Origin: Saprolegnia diclina VS20
Taxonomy: Eukaryota
Assembly (NCBI RefSeq): GCF_000281045.1
Contig: NW_008246077.1
Coordinates: forward strand, 175,186 to 195,185
Length of the DNA stretch: 20,000 nt
Direction: 5' to 3'
A model generated the notes under the pieces. The model was given only the letters and a program-made list of their open reading frames with translations. It was not told the DNA's origin and searched no databases. The stretch's first letter is position 1. Each line of letters begins with the position of its first letter. This document shows positions 1-11,360 of the stretch, piece after piece. The translations under genes and the position numbers were made by a program.

Positions 1-1207
1 CCTTGGAGGTACCGATTCCGGTCCAGCAAATGCAGTTGGAACTGGTACGCCGAGAGCTGGAGGAGGTACACAGTCTTCTCCAGCGCCGAGATCGATGGCA
101 CCGGTGGGAGCGCGGCAACGACGGGCTTGGCTGCAGCTTTTTTGCCTTTGGCCGGTTTGGCCGGCACGATCAGCGGTGGTGTCGATGGCTTCTTCTGCTT
201 GCTGCTGCTCGCTTGAAGCAGCGGCGTCGGCTCGTCGTAGCTCTGGCGGGCACTCGCAACAAGGCACTGGAGAAGCTGGCCCGTCCACTCGTACGCGCGG
301 CGCTGGTACCGTTTCGAGTGGAAGAACCAGTCGCCGCTGCGATGGTCCGTGTCGCGCCGGAGGCTGTGCAGCTCCTGGTACACGACGTTGGCTTGGATGT
401 ACCACGTGGCTTCGGGGAACCCGCAGTTGTACTTGGCGACTGTGTCCAGAATCGGGCACTTGGACTCGTCGCTCGGGTGCCACGACTCGTGCGCAATGCC
501 GCCGTACGTCTGCACCATATCCGCGAGCGTAAACTTGCCGCGCGCAAGGTCCAACATCCACATGTGGTGCGCGCCCGGCTCGGCGAACCGTCGCACTTGC
601 TTGTACACAAACTCGATAAAGTTGTTGGGCGACGGCGCCGGCGACTTGGCCAGCGGCAGCGCCGCCACGTGCGCCAGTCGGTCAAAGAGCGGGATCTGCT
701 CGCTGAAAAACGCATACTGCTTGTGCCAATTGCCCGGCATGGGCCCGAGGCCGCGCGCGGTCTGTGCGACGTACGCCGCCCGCCGCTTGGCAAAGTGGTG
801 GTACTGCTCCTCTGGGTGTGACGGGTGCGTCTGGAAGATGCCCGGCATCCCCAATTTGGCCGTCGTATTCGGGTTCTCGGCGTCCTACGTCCATGTACCG
901 TCGAGAAGCGTGCGATGGAAGGGGCGACGCGTACCTTGAGGAAGCGCGGGTCCAGACCAAAGACCGAAAGCGCGTACCGGAGCGACGTCGTGTCCTCGGA
1001 CGGGCCCTGGAAGCTGTTCATTTCGAGGAGCTCTTGTCGCTTTTGCAAGCGCTGATTTTGTGTCGATAAAAAGGCCGGCCGTGTCGCACTCGGGCGGCGC
1101 TGGACCGCCGTCGCATGGGGCACATGCCGCGACGACGAGTGCGACCGGCTGTTCTCACGATGGTCGCCATCGACCCGAGCCGACACGGGGGGTGGACCGG
1201 GCATCAT
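1..1207 (-). CDS. Hypothetical protein, 3' end runs off the window; exon 1 1207-935, intron 934-885, exon 2 884-<1
   Basis: Exon 1 ends ...VFGLDPRFLK, followed by a 50-nt GTACGC...CGTAG intron. Exon 2 is stop-free to the window edge (DAENPNTTAKLGMPGIFQTHPSHPEEQYHHFAKRR...YLLQLSAYQFQLHLLDRNRYLQ) with GC-rich third codon positions. It is missing from the ORF track because it has no stop codon. The start codon is uncertain. Confidence 0.75.
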
Positions 1208-1492
1208 AGGCCCTCGCGGGCCACCGCTGCGACCAAAATAAGAAAGGGTGTTTGATACGGTTCGGCGTACCGTGGTGGGGCCGCGCCGTTCGGCGGCGGC
1301 GCGTAGTTCTGTGGTCTGCCAGCATAAGCTGGGTGGCCATGGGCCACGGGCTTCTTTGTGCCATTCGGTCCCAACCCTGCGGCGCTACCCCCTACAAGCC
1401 GCTCGCAGCATGAGGTGCCACCCGTCGATCATCGCGCAACCGCACCCGGCGGGCCATGGCGCGGGGAGTGGCGCAGAGGTTCCGGCTGCTCC

Positions 1493-1816
1493 ATGTTCAC
1501 TGTGGCGCTTCCTCTTCTTGGTACGGCGATGGTAGCGCTTCTGATGGACGTCTCCTCCGTGGCCGCGATCGTCGTCCTCCGGCCGCTTCCGACGAAACCA
1601 AAAACCAGCAAATTCACGCCCTATATTATTCCGCCTGGCCAATCGCCCTCCTCATTGGTGGAATTTTACTTGAATTTCACCAATGGCGTCTCGGCATCGA
1701 ACGCTGCCCGTGTGCGACGGACACTACATCAGTCGCTCGCCGAGGTCGCTGACGCCTGTCGCCACTGGCTGCATGACCATCGACGCACATAGACTCTGCG
1801 CGGCTGGCGCTTGTAG
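1493..1816 (+). CDS. Possible small secreted/membrane protein (structure uncertain)
   Basis: MFTVALPLLGTAMVALLMDVSSVAAIVV is a hydrophobic N-terminus. A plausible 48-nt intron lies at 1745-1792 (GTCGCT...CATAG). Downstream exons are ambiguous. Confidence 0.3.
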
Positions 1817-2219
1817 CTTCAGTGTTATGGCATTGCGCGTTTCCATCCGGCCGCTAGCGGAGCCCGCAGCCTCGCATTGATGCACGAGATTGCAACACCA
1901 TCGAATGGTCTTGTGCTCAGAAGCGTACTAGTACTAGTACGCTGAGCTTTAGCGCCGCATTGTCGTGGCGTTGTTGCCACGCACGACGGTGCATAGGTCC
2001 TACCACCGTAGCGGCCAGGGCATCCATGCATGGAGCTGCAACCATTCCTGCCGCCCATCGTTGTCACCGAGCGCAGTCGCCTGTAGGACGCAGCAGTACG
2101 TAGAAGCAATCCCCGTGGACATCGACAGTGGTGCGTCTAGTAGCTGGGGCGTCGCGCGATCTTTGGGCGCAGTCCCACTTGCGCTTTGTATGTGGCTGGC
2201 TTGTCCGGATACCGACGCC

Positions 2220-4254
2220 ATGTCGCAGTGGAACCTTGGAAGCATGGTGGACGCGCCGGTGTTTCGACCGACGCCAAGTGAGTTTGCGTCCTTCCCGCGC
2301 TACATTCGCACGGTCGTCGAGCCGCAGTGCCAAACCATTGGCCTCTGCAAGGTACATGACGTGGCGCATGTCCTCTCTTTGCCGATTTGCACACATTAGA
2401 TCGTGCCACCACTCGGGTGGGTCGCGCGCGCGTCTGGCTACGACAACGTAGCGTTCGACATCCACACACCGCTGAGCCAGCACGTCGCGGGCAAGAAAGG
2501 CGTCTTCAACGTCGACCTCGTCGAGCGCAAGAGCATGACGCTCGACGCCTTTAAAGCGCTGGCGGTCGCCAAGGATACCGTCACGCATCTTCTCGGTACT
2601 CGAGTCATGTTGCGACGACGTCGACATCCGCGACTGTAGACGACGACGCCATCGAGCGAGCCTTCTGGAAAGGCCTGCGCCCGACCATGGAGCCGCCAGT
2701 ATACGGCGCCGACCTCGTGGTAGATACATCGATTGGCGGCAGGCAGCGGACGCGGTTTCTCGATAGGGCTCGCTCTTTCAAGACGACGCGTTGAGCAACC
2801 CTTGGAACGTCAACAACCTCGACACGATCCTGCGCAGCGTGGACCTACCCGGCGTCACGCAGGCCATGCTCTACTTTGGCATGTGGCGTGCGATGTTTGC
2901 GCTCCATACGGTGCGACTGGTCCACGTCATGCCATATCTAGTCCGTGTTGTCTGCAGGAAGACATGGATCTGTACAGCATCAACTTTCTACACACGGGGC
3001 GGCCCAAGTTTTGGTATGGCATTCCGCCGCAGTCAGGTACGACGCTGTACGGCTTGTCCACATCTTGAATGACGTAGTAGCGGCCAAGCTCGAGCGCGTC
3101 GCGCAGAGCTTGTTTCCGGAAAAGGACATGACGTGCCATCAGGTCTCGACACCTCCAATGAACCAACGACTCGACTCGATCTTCGACTGTAGTTTCTGCG
3201 CCACAAGACGTCGCTCATTGCGCCGACCAAGCTGCGCGAACACAGCGTCCCGTTCTACAAGGTAGCAACAGGTATGCAGGAGCGACGCGGGTGGATGCGG
3301 CGCGTAGGTGGTGCAGCGACCCGGCGAGTTTGTGATTACGTTTCCAGGCAGCTACCACCAAGGCTTCAACATGGGTTCAACCTTCCTCCTTTAGTAGTAC
3401 GTACTACGACGTGCGGTAGGCTTTAACATTGCCGAATCGGTCAACTTTGCGACGCTGCGCTGGGTCGGCCTCGGTCGCGCGGCCAAGGTTCGCATTTGGC
3501 GTGCTAAGATCTGAGATCTGAGATCTGACATTTGACATCTGATAGCTGTGCCACTGCGTGCCTGGTCAAGTCCGCATCGATCTGGATGCGTTTGTACATA
3601 GCATCTTTTCGTCGCCGGGCAGTGACCGCCTCGATGCGGATGCGTGGGTGCTCCTCTGCAGCTGCGGCGCTTACGCGAGCAGCGCCGATTCGTCCGAGCA
3701 CGACCTCGTACTGCGTCGTCGCCAGACATGGACGGCTCATGCGTTTGTATGTAGCAGCCGTCGTTCGAGTGCTCCACGTGCAAAGTGTGGGCCCACCTTG
3801 CGTGCGACCATCCGACCTTGCCTGTACACTCGTGACATATCGTGGTCGATCGACTGAAGCCGATAGGAATAGAGCGATGCCATACCGTCGACGCTCCTGT
3901 GTCGGTACTGCCAAACCGCCAGCGACAAAGACCTCGCGCCGCCGAGCCCGCGCGGACGACCCAAGCGCTTGTGCAAGAAGAAGAATGCAATCATCTCGCT
4001 GCGCCGGTCGCCCGAGATGGTCGTCGAGGTGCACACTGCTTCTTCGGTGGGAGTCGTATGATGATGGGTGCGTTCCATAGGGCAAAGTCGTGGCTGTTGA
4101 CGGCGCCTTTTTGCGCGTGCGCGTCAAGGGCTGCGCCGACGACGAGTGGCTTCGCGCCGACGACCCATCGATTCTCAGCGAGCAGCCGACGGCCAAGAGG
4201 TCGCTCGCGTCAGCAGCAGCGTCGCCGGCCAAGCGACGTCGCACGTTGAAGTGA
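2220..4254 (+). CDS. KDM4: KDM4/JMJD2-family JmjN+JmjC histone lysine demethylase with C-terminal PHD finger, AT-hook-like and Tudor-like modules; 13 exons
   Basis: Jmj[18 protein letters not shown]...GLCK|IVPP. Linker: [24 protein letters not shown]. Jmj[74 protein letters not shown], then LCHC. Introns at 2352-2399, 2596-2639, 2720-2766, 2911-2957, 3037-3080, 3143-3192, 3262-3307, 3375-3419, 3488-3545, 3708-3754, 3824-3872 and 4029-4080 are all GT-AG and preserve the frame. Confidence 0.93.
3507..3541 (+). repeat. Intronic 7-mer tandem repeat: (AGATCTG)x3 plus 2 degenerate units
   Basis: Sequence agatctg agatctg agatctg acatttg acatctg inside KDM4 intron 9, the longest intron of the gene (58 nt). 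Confidence 0.85.
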
Positions 4255-4379
4255 TGTAACTCAGATATACAGTCGACTTGCAAAATCTTCGAAGTTGGGA
4301 TCTCGCCCCACGAGATGCTTTGCACGTGCGCGCACGCTTCCAGGGGCAGAACGATGGCCTGGCAGACCAACACACTCGC

Positions 4380-5243
4380 ATGAGCAGCGGTAGCGGTAGC
4401 GGCAGTCGCTGGGGCCATGCGCCCAACAGCAGCAGCACACACGCCGTCAATGGCACCGTGAGCCCACATAGTATTGCTGCGGACGCGACGGCAGCCCAGC
4501 CCGCTAGCAGCGACGACATTGCGTTTCCTGCGACGCCCGGCGTGCGGATGGTGCCGTTCGTGGTGCAGCCCACGCTGCACACAACGCTGTGCCTCTCGTC
4601 GGCCGACTGCGGTCGCCACCTCGGCTGCTTCCAGCTGCCGTCGTTCCCGACTTGGTCGCAGTGCCTGCCGCCAGATCCATCGGCGCCCATGACGCCCATC
4701 GACGCCACGGATGCGCTGCACGCCTACACGGCGCTGCCCCCCGACACTCTAAGTCCTCGGCATGGCTTTTGCCGCGATCACCACAACTGCGGCGACTACT
4801 TTGGCGTTGCGCTGGGCTGCACCCTCGCACGCGCCTCGCCCGCCATGGTGGCTGCCGGCGTCGGCTACTGCGACTGCATTACGACCCCGTGTCCCGTGGC
4901 ACCGACGCGCTGCGACAGAGCCGGTTGCGTCGGCCACGGTCCCATGCGCGACGGCCCGGACGCACGCTGGCGCCAAGCGCCCCTGCGCTGCGTCTTTGAC
5001 AGCGTCGCGAATACCTCCGTGTGCCAGAGTGACAACAGCGTTGCGCCGATACCGACGGGTGGTCCGACAGCGTACAAGCCAGCGGTCATTGGGTTCTCGG
5101 ACGAATTGCCGTCGGTGCAGTTTGCTGCTGGGGCGACGGTACTCGTCCTCCTCGGCGCCCTCGGTGTTCTCATTGTCGCCGTCTTCCGCGCCAACCAACT
5201 GCGATCGACAGCGTTGCCGTCATCGGTCCACGAGAAAAGATGA
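4380..5243 (+). CDS. Cys-rich single-pass membrane protein of unknown function
   Basis: Single-exon ORF from ATG 4380 with a Ser/Gly/Ala-rich N-terminus, many Cys, a C-terminal hydrophobic helix (GATVLVLLGALGVLIVAVF) and a short basic tail. Confidence 0.75.
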   Translation: MSSGSGSGSRWGHAPNSSSTHAVNGTVSPHSIAADATAAQPASSDDIAFPATPGVRMVPFVVQPTLHTTLCLSSADCGRHLGCFQLPSFPTWSQCLPPDPSAPMTPIDATDALHAYTALPPDTLSPRHGFCRDHHNCGDYFGVALGCTLARASPAMVAAGVGYCDCITTPCPVAPTRCDRAGCVGHGPMRDGPDARWRQAPLRCVFDSVANTSVCQSDNSVAPIPTGGPTAYKPAVIGFSDELPSVQFAAGATVLVLLGALGVLIVAVFRANQLRSTALPSSVHEKR

Positions 5244-5302
5244 TTTCGCGTCGTGTCGTCGTCGTATGTATATACTCGTTCTGCAAGGTCGTAAGCGGAT
5301 GC

Positions 5303-7273
<1,971 letters not shown>

Positions 7274-7653
7274 GCGTCTGCCAGTCGCCAAGACGGATTT
7301 TATACCCAAAACGGACCAAGCCCCCGCCGCTCTTTTTATTACTTCCGCGTTCCATATGGCGCTTTGTATGGCGTGCGCGCTGGCGACAAGGAATAAATTA
7401 AAATTGCCCACCGAATCCTCCGGCCGCGGCCGCCGACGGTCGTGTTCTCAGCATGAGAACAGCAACGGGATGGCTCATGGGGCGCCCATCGCATGCGCTC
7501 CCGGTAGAAATCCTGCAGCAATCCGGCGCAGTCCGTAATGCATCTGCAACAGTGGCATGTCACGCTGGCAACGTCAGGCGACCGTAGCTGCCTCCACAAG
7601 ACAAATGGCAGTGTTGCATGGATTGGCCCTTCCATTGCAAGTGCAAGATGGTG

Positions 7654-9210
7654 CTACTGCGGTACGTCTTGGCACAGGTGCTCGGCGATAGCGAGCACCT
7701 CGTGGTACTCGCGACTCGGGTCCACGTCGGTCTCGGAGGCAAAGAGATCCAAATACACCCAGCGAACGTTGCTGGCGACGAGCTGCTGGAAGAGCGACAC
7801 GAGGTCCAGCATCGAGAACGCGTGCTCGTGAAAGGCGACCCGCGAGAGCGCCGGCGACGCCTGCAATAGGCGGAGCAGCGTCGTGACCTGCGCCGTATCG
7901 CTCACAAAGTCGACCACGAGCTCTTCGAGATGGAGCATGTGCGTCAGCGCCGCTGCGAGAAGCTCGAGGTCGCTGACGTAGCAGAGCGCCAAGTAGGTCA
8001 AGCTACCTTGCGTCGTGGCGAGCGCGTGGAAGAGCGAGGCCTCGACGGGGTTGACGAGACTCACGGCGCCGCCGTCGAGCGTGAGGCCAACGTCAAGGCG
8101 CAAGCGCTGGAGCTGCGGCAAGGCGTGCAGGCCGACCACCATGCTGTTCCACTCGAGAAGATCTTTAAACTGGATGCCATCGAGATGCAGACGCGATAAC
8201 GTCCGCAGCTGTGCCAGCGTGGCCCACAAGAGCTGCCAGCTGTCCTGGGACAAGCGCACAAGCTGCAGATTGAGGGCCGTGAGCCGCGACGTGGCAAGCA
8301 CCTGCGCGAAGAGCGCCATGGTCGCGTCATTGAGCTGGAGCGGAAACAGCTTGATGCATCGGAGCGATGCCGGGAAGCGGTGGCCCGCGAGCGGCTGCGT
8401 CACAAACAGCGTCATAAAGACGTCCGAGATGCCGCGGAAGTGGACCTTCTGCAGCGTTGGGCAGTGGTGCAACGCGCGGCAGAGGACGCGACTCGCGTCG
8501 CACAGGAGCTGGAAGCCTTCGAGGTAAAGGCGCTCGATTGGGTGGGTCTCAATGTACGTGGCCAGCTTGAGGACGACCGAGGTTGGGCACGCCGTCGTGG
8601 GATCATACGCACTCACGATGCGGAGGCAACGGCAGTTGATGTGCACGATCGCATCCAAGATCATATCGAGCTCGCGAACGTCCATGAGCGGGCTCCAGCG
8701 CAGCGTCAAGCGCTCCATCGCATCGGGGAGGTAAGTGAGGAAGGTGCAGACGCGCGCGATGGGAAATGTCGTTGGAAAGAGCATGAGCTCCAGCGACGCA
8801 ATGCGCTCGCAGAGTGCAAGCCCCGCTCGGAAGCAGTCTTCGTACGGCAGCAAGAGCGCGATGTGAATCTTGGTCGACGGCAGCACGATGCGCTCGATCG
8901 TCGGGAGGAAGTCGGGCGACGTGATCTGAACCGCCTGGAAGATCGGGACTGCGTCGCGGAGCAGGGGGATGATCGTCCCAGGGGTTACGAAGCGAATATG
9001 GAGAACCGGCCAGAGCTCGCATGCACTGTACGTGTACCGCAGAGCAAGGAGGCTCGAGAGCGCGGGGCCGAGGACCCGGCGTGGTAGCGCCCGCAGGAGG
9101 CGGAAGACGCGCGTCGGCTCTGCGATGTACTGGACGATGAGCTGGAGGAGCTCTGGGGCGAGGGCGCCATGTTCACAGCGCCCGCGGGAGGAAGCCTCTT
9201 GGACTTGCAT
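7654..9210 (-). CDS. F-box-like / RNI-like leucine-rich-repeat protein (518 aa, intronless)
   Basis: Long ORF with an N-terminal F-box-like LAPELLQLIVQYI segment and repeated LxxLxL units (MERLTLRW, IERLYLEG, LQKVHFRG, LTALNLQ, LSRLHLDG, LQRLRLDV, LTYLALCY, LEELVVD). Confidence 0.8.
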   Translation of the reverse strand: MQVQEASSRGRCEHGALAPELLQLIVQYIAEPTRVFRLLRALPRRVLGPALSSLLALRYTYSACELWPVLHIRFVTPGTIIPLLRDAVPIFQAVQITSPDFLPTIERIVLPSTKIHIALLLPYEDCFRAGLALCERIASLELMLFPTTFPIARVCTFLTYLPDAMERLTLRWSPLMDVRELDMILDAIVHINCRCLRIVSAYDPTTACPTSVVLKLATYIETHPIERLYLEGFQLLCDASRVLCRALHHCPTLQKVHFRGISDVFMTLFVTQPLAGHRFPASLRCIKLFPLQLNDATMALFAQVLATSRLTALNLQLVRLSQDSWQLLWATLAQLRTLSRLHLDGIQFKDLLEWNSMVVGLHALPQLQRLRLDVGLTLDGGAVSLVNPVEASLFHALATTQGSLTYLALCYVSDLELLAAALTHMLHLEELVVDFVSDTAQVTTLLRLLQASPALSRVAFHEHAFSMLDLVSLFQQLVASNVRWVYLDLFASETDVDPSREYHEVLAIAEHLCQDVPQ

Positions 9211-10378
9211 CTTCCTCTTGGCTCGAGGGAGGAATCGCGGTCTTGGCCATCGCGTACGTCCAGGAGAAAATCCAAGCGATCTAAAAATAGATCGCCAACA
9301 AGATTAATTGTGAGAGGTACTGTGGATATCGATTGCCTTCAAAACAAGATGCGAATAATACCTGTATCATTTTATACGCTATGCCATTTGAACGTCGTTC
9401 GATGACATGTATGACTGTTAATCTTCCTTGTTGTAAGAGGCAAGCAACTGTGGTTTACGGCAACTGGCTTGGTCATTTGCGCAACATAGCCACGATTTGT
9501 GGTGATAGCAGGTGCGCCTTTGTGCACAGATTTGTCGTGAAGGTTTGGTCACGTCCATGTTTAACATGCGAAGCATACGTCAGCGCTCGACGATGCGAGC
9601 CATTTGTGGTCATAAAAGTACCATCGGCGGCGCGAAAACGCTGCATGAGAAACGTGGTCAGCGCACTAGTCTTTGGGGCATAGAATCCAGCCACTGGAAT
9701 TATACGCAGCCGGGTGCACGCACCTGCCCGCTGCAGCCGTCGTGCAAGCGCACAAGCGGTCGTTTCGAGTCATCTCTATCGCATGCAGCTTACCAACCAT
9801 CCGCGACGATCTGGGCGGCAAAACCCTTGCTCACGTTGGACTACTACCGGTCCTCGTTCGCTGCATTCAAGAAGCGTCGGAGCATCCAATCACGGACCTC
9901 ATCGGCGACGTCGAAAGGCACATCCCAAAGAAATGCTGCACCCAAGTCGGGTCGCGTTGCATTTCAAAGCACGGACGCATCCAACACAAAATGGCGGGTA
10001 CTTCCCGGTGTCGCCACTGCCTTCCATCATCCCATGACTGAAGCGGCTCCATGCAGCGCCACGAGGCAGCATCGTCCAGCGTTTCTCCATGCAAAAGTAC
10101 CAGGTGGCATCGTCATGGGATAGTCAATGGCACGGTACTGCAGCCAATCCGTGTTCGATGACGCAGGCAAGCTGGCGCGCCGCGAGGCAAAAATGACCCA
10201 ATAGGCAGCCGCTGGCTTTGTATCCGGATACGCCGCCGTCGCCTCTGCATTCCATTATAATGACTATTTTAATGCATCATGTGCGATATGTCATACAAAT
10301 TATAGTATAATAAATGTCCCATGGACGGAAATATTATTGTATTTTTATTCCAACGCACAAACTTGGGGATCTTCCTCG

Positions 10379-10394
10379 CCATTTTTCAATTTCC
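10379..10394 (+). promoter_or_regulatory. Oomycete INR+FPR core promoter of the phosphoglycerate mutase gene
   Basis: CCATTTTTCAATTTCC fits YCAYTYY plus MWTTTNC and starts 30 nt upstream of ATG 10409. Confidence 0.65.
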
Positions 10395-10408
10395 CTCGAA
10401 ACCCCAAG

Positions 10409-11230
10409 ATGGCCAAGTACCAAATCGTGTTGATCCGCCACGGCGAGTCGCAGTGGAACGTCGACAACAAGTTCACGGGCTGGCATGACGTCCCGCTCTC
10501 GGCCAAGGGTACGACCATCGCTCCATGAAGGCGATAGCTCATGGCGCATGTAGGCGAGCAGGAGTCGCACGACGCCGGCAAGGCCTTGAAGGCCGCGGGC
10601 TTCAGCTTCGACCAGGCCTACACGTCGGTGCTCAAGCGCGCGATCAAGACGTGCTGGAACACGCTCGAGGAACTCGACCTCATGTGGATCCCGGTCACGC
10701 GCTCGTGGAAGCTCAACGAGCGCCACTACGGTGCGCTCCAGGGCCTGAACAAGCAGGACACGGTCGCCAAGTACGGCATTGACCAGGTCATGGTGTGGCG
10801 CCGCAGCTATGCGATCCCGCCGCCGGCCCTTGAAGAGTCGAGCGAGTACTACCCGGGTAACGACCCCAAGTACGCCGACGTGCCCCGCGAGGAGCTCCCG
10901 TTCACCGAGTCGCTCGCGACGACCAAGGTCCGCGTCGTGCCGTACTGGAACGACGTGATTGTGCCCGCGATCAAGGAAGGCAAGAAGATTGTCATCGTCG
11001 CCCACGGCAACTCGCTCCGTGCGCTCGTCCAGCACTTGGACAACATCTCGGAGGACACGATCACGGGCCTCAACATCCCGACGGGCGTCCCGCTCGTGTA
11101 CGACCTCGACGAGAACTTCGTCCCGGTCCAGCACGAGTTGGCCATTGCGCCCCTGTCCGGCCACTACGTCGGCAACCAGGACGAGATCCGTGCTCGCATT
11201 GCCGGTGTCGCCAACCAGACCAAGGCATAG
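10409..11230 (+). CDS. gpmA: 2,3-bisphosphoglycerate-dependent phosphoglycerate mutase; exons 10409-10508 and 10554-11230
   Basis: [26 protein letters not shown] (catalytic RHG), [51 protein letters not shown] 45-nt phase-1 intron lies at 10509-10553. Confidence 0.97.
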
Positions 11231-11360
11231 ATCGTGTTGTCCGTATCCACTTCATCCATTTTGCTTTCTGTCCATCTCTTGTTTGCACACCTTTGCAGCT
11301 TCACGTGATCAACCCCAAGCGGACAACGAGAACTCATTTGCCTGCTTTACACGACGTCGC

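Noticed and set aside
3..821. 272-aa plus-strand ORF and similar long ORFs (4762-5889, 10959-12524, 10334-11164, 3504-4721)
   Set aside because: They are antisense shadows of GC-rich real genes on the opposite strand and have no recognisable motifs.
9330..10250. Several 70-200 aa ORFs between the F-box-like gene and gpmA
   Set aside because: No motifs, coding-like codon pattern or consistent exon model. This may be a decayed gene or element, but I cannot support that.
10250..10350. AT-rich island upstream of gpmA
   Set aside because: Consistent with an ordinary promoter region; no convincing terminal inverted repeats or target-site duplication for a MITE.
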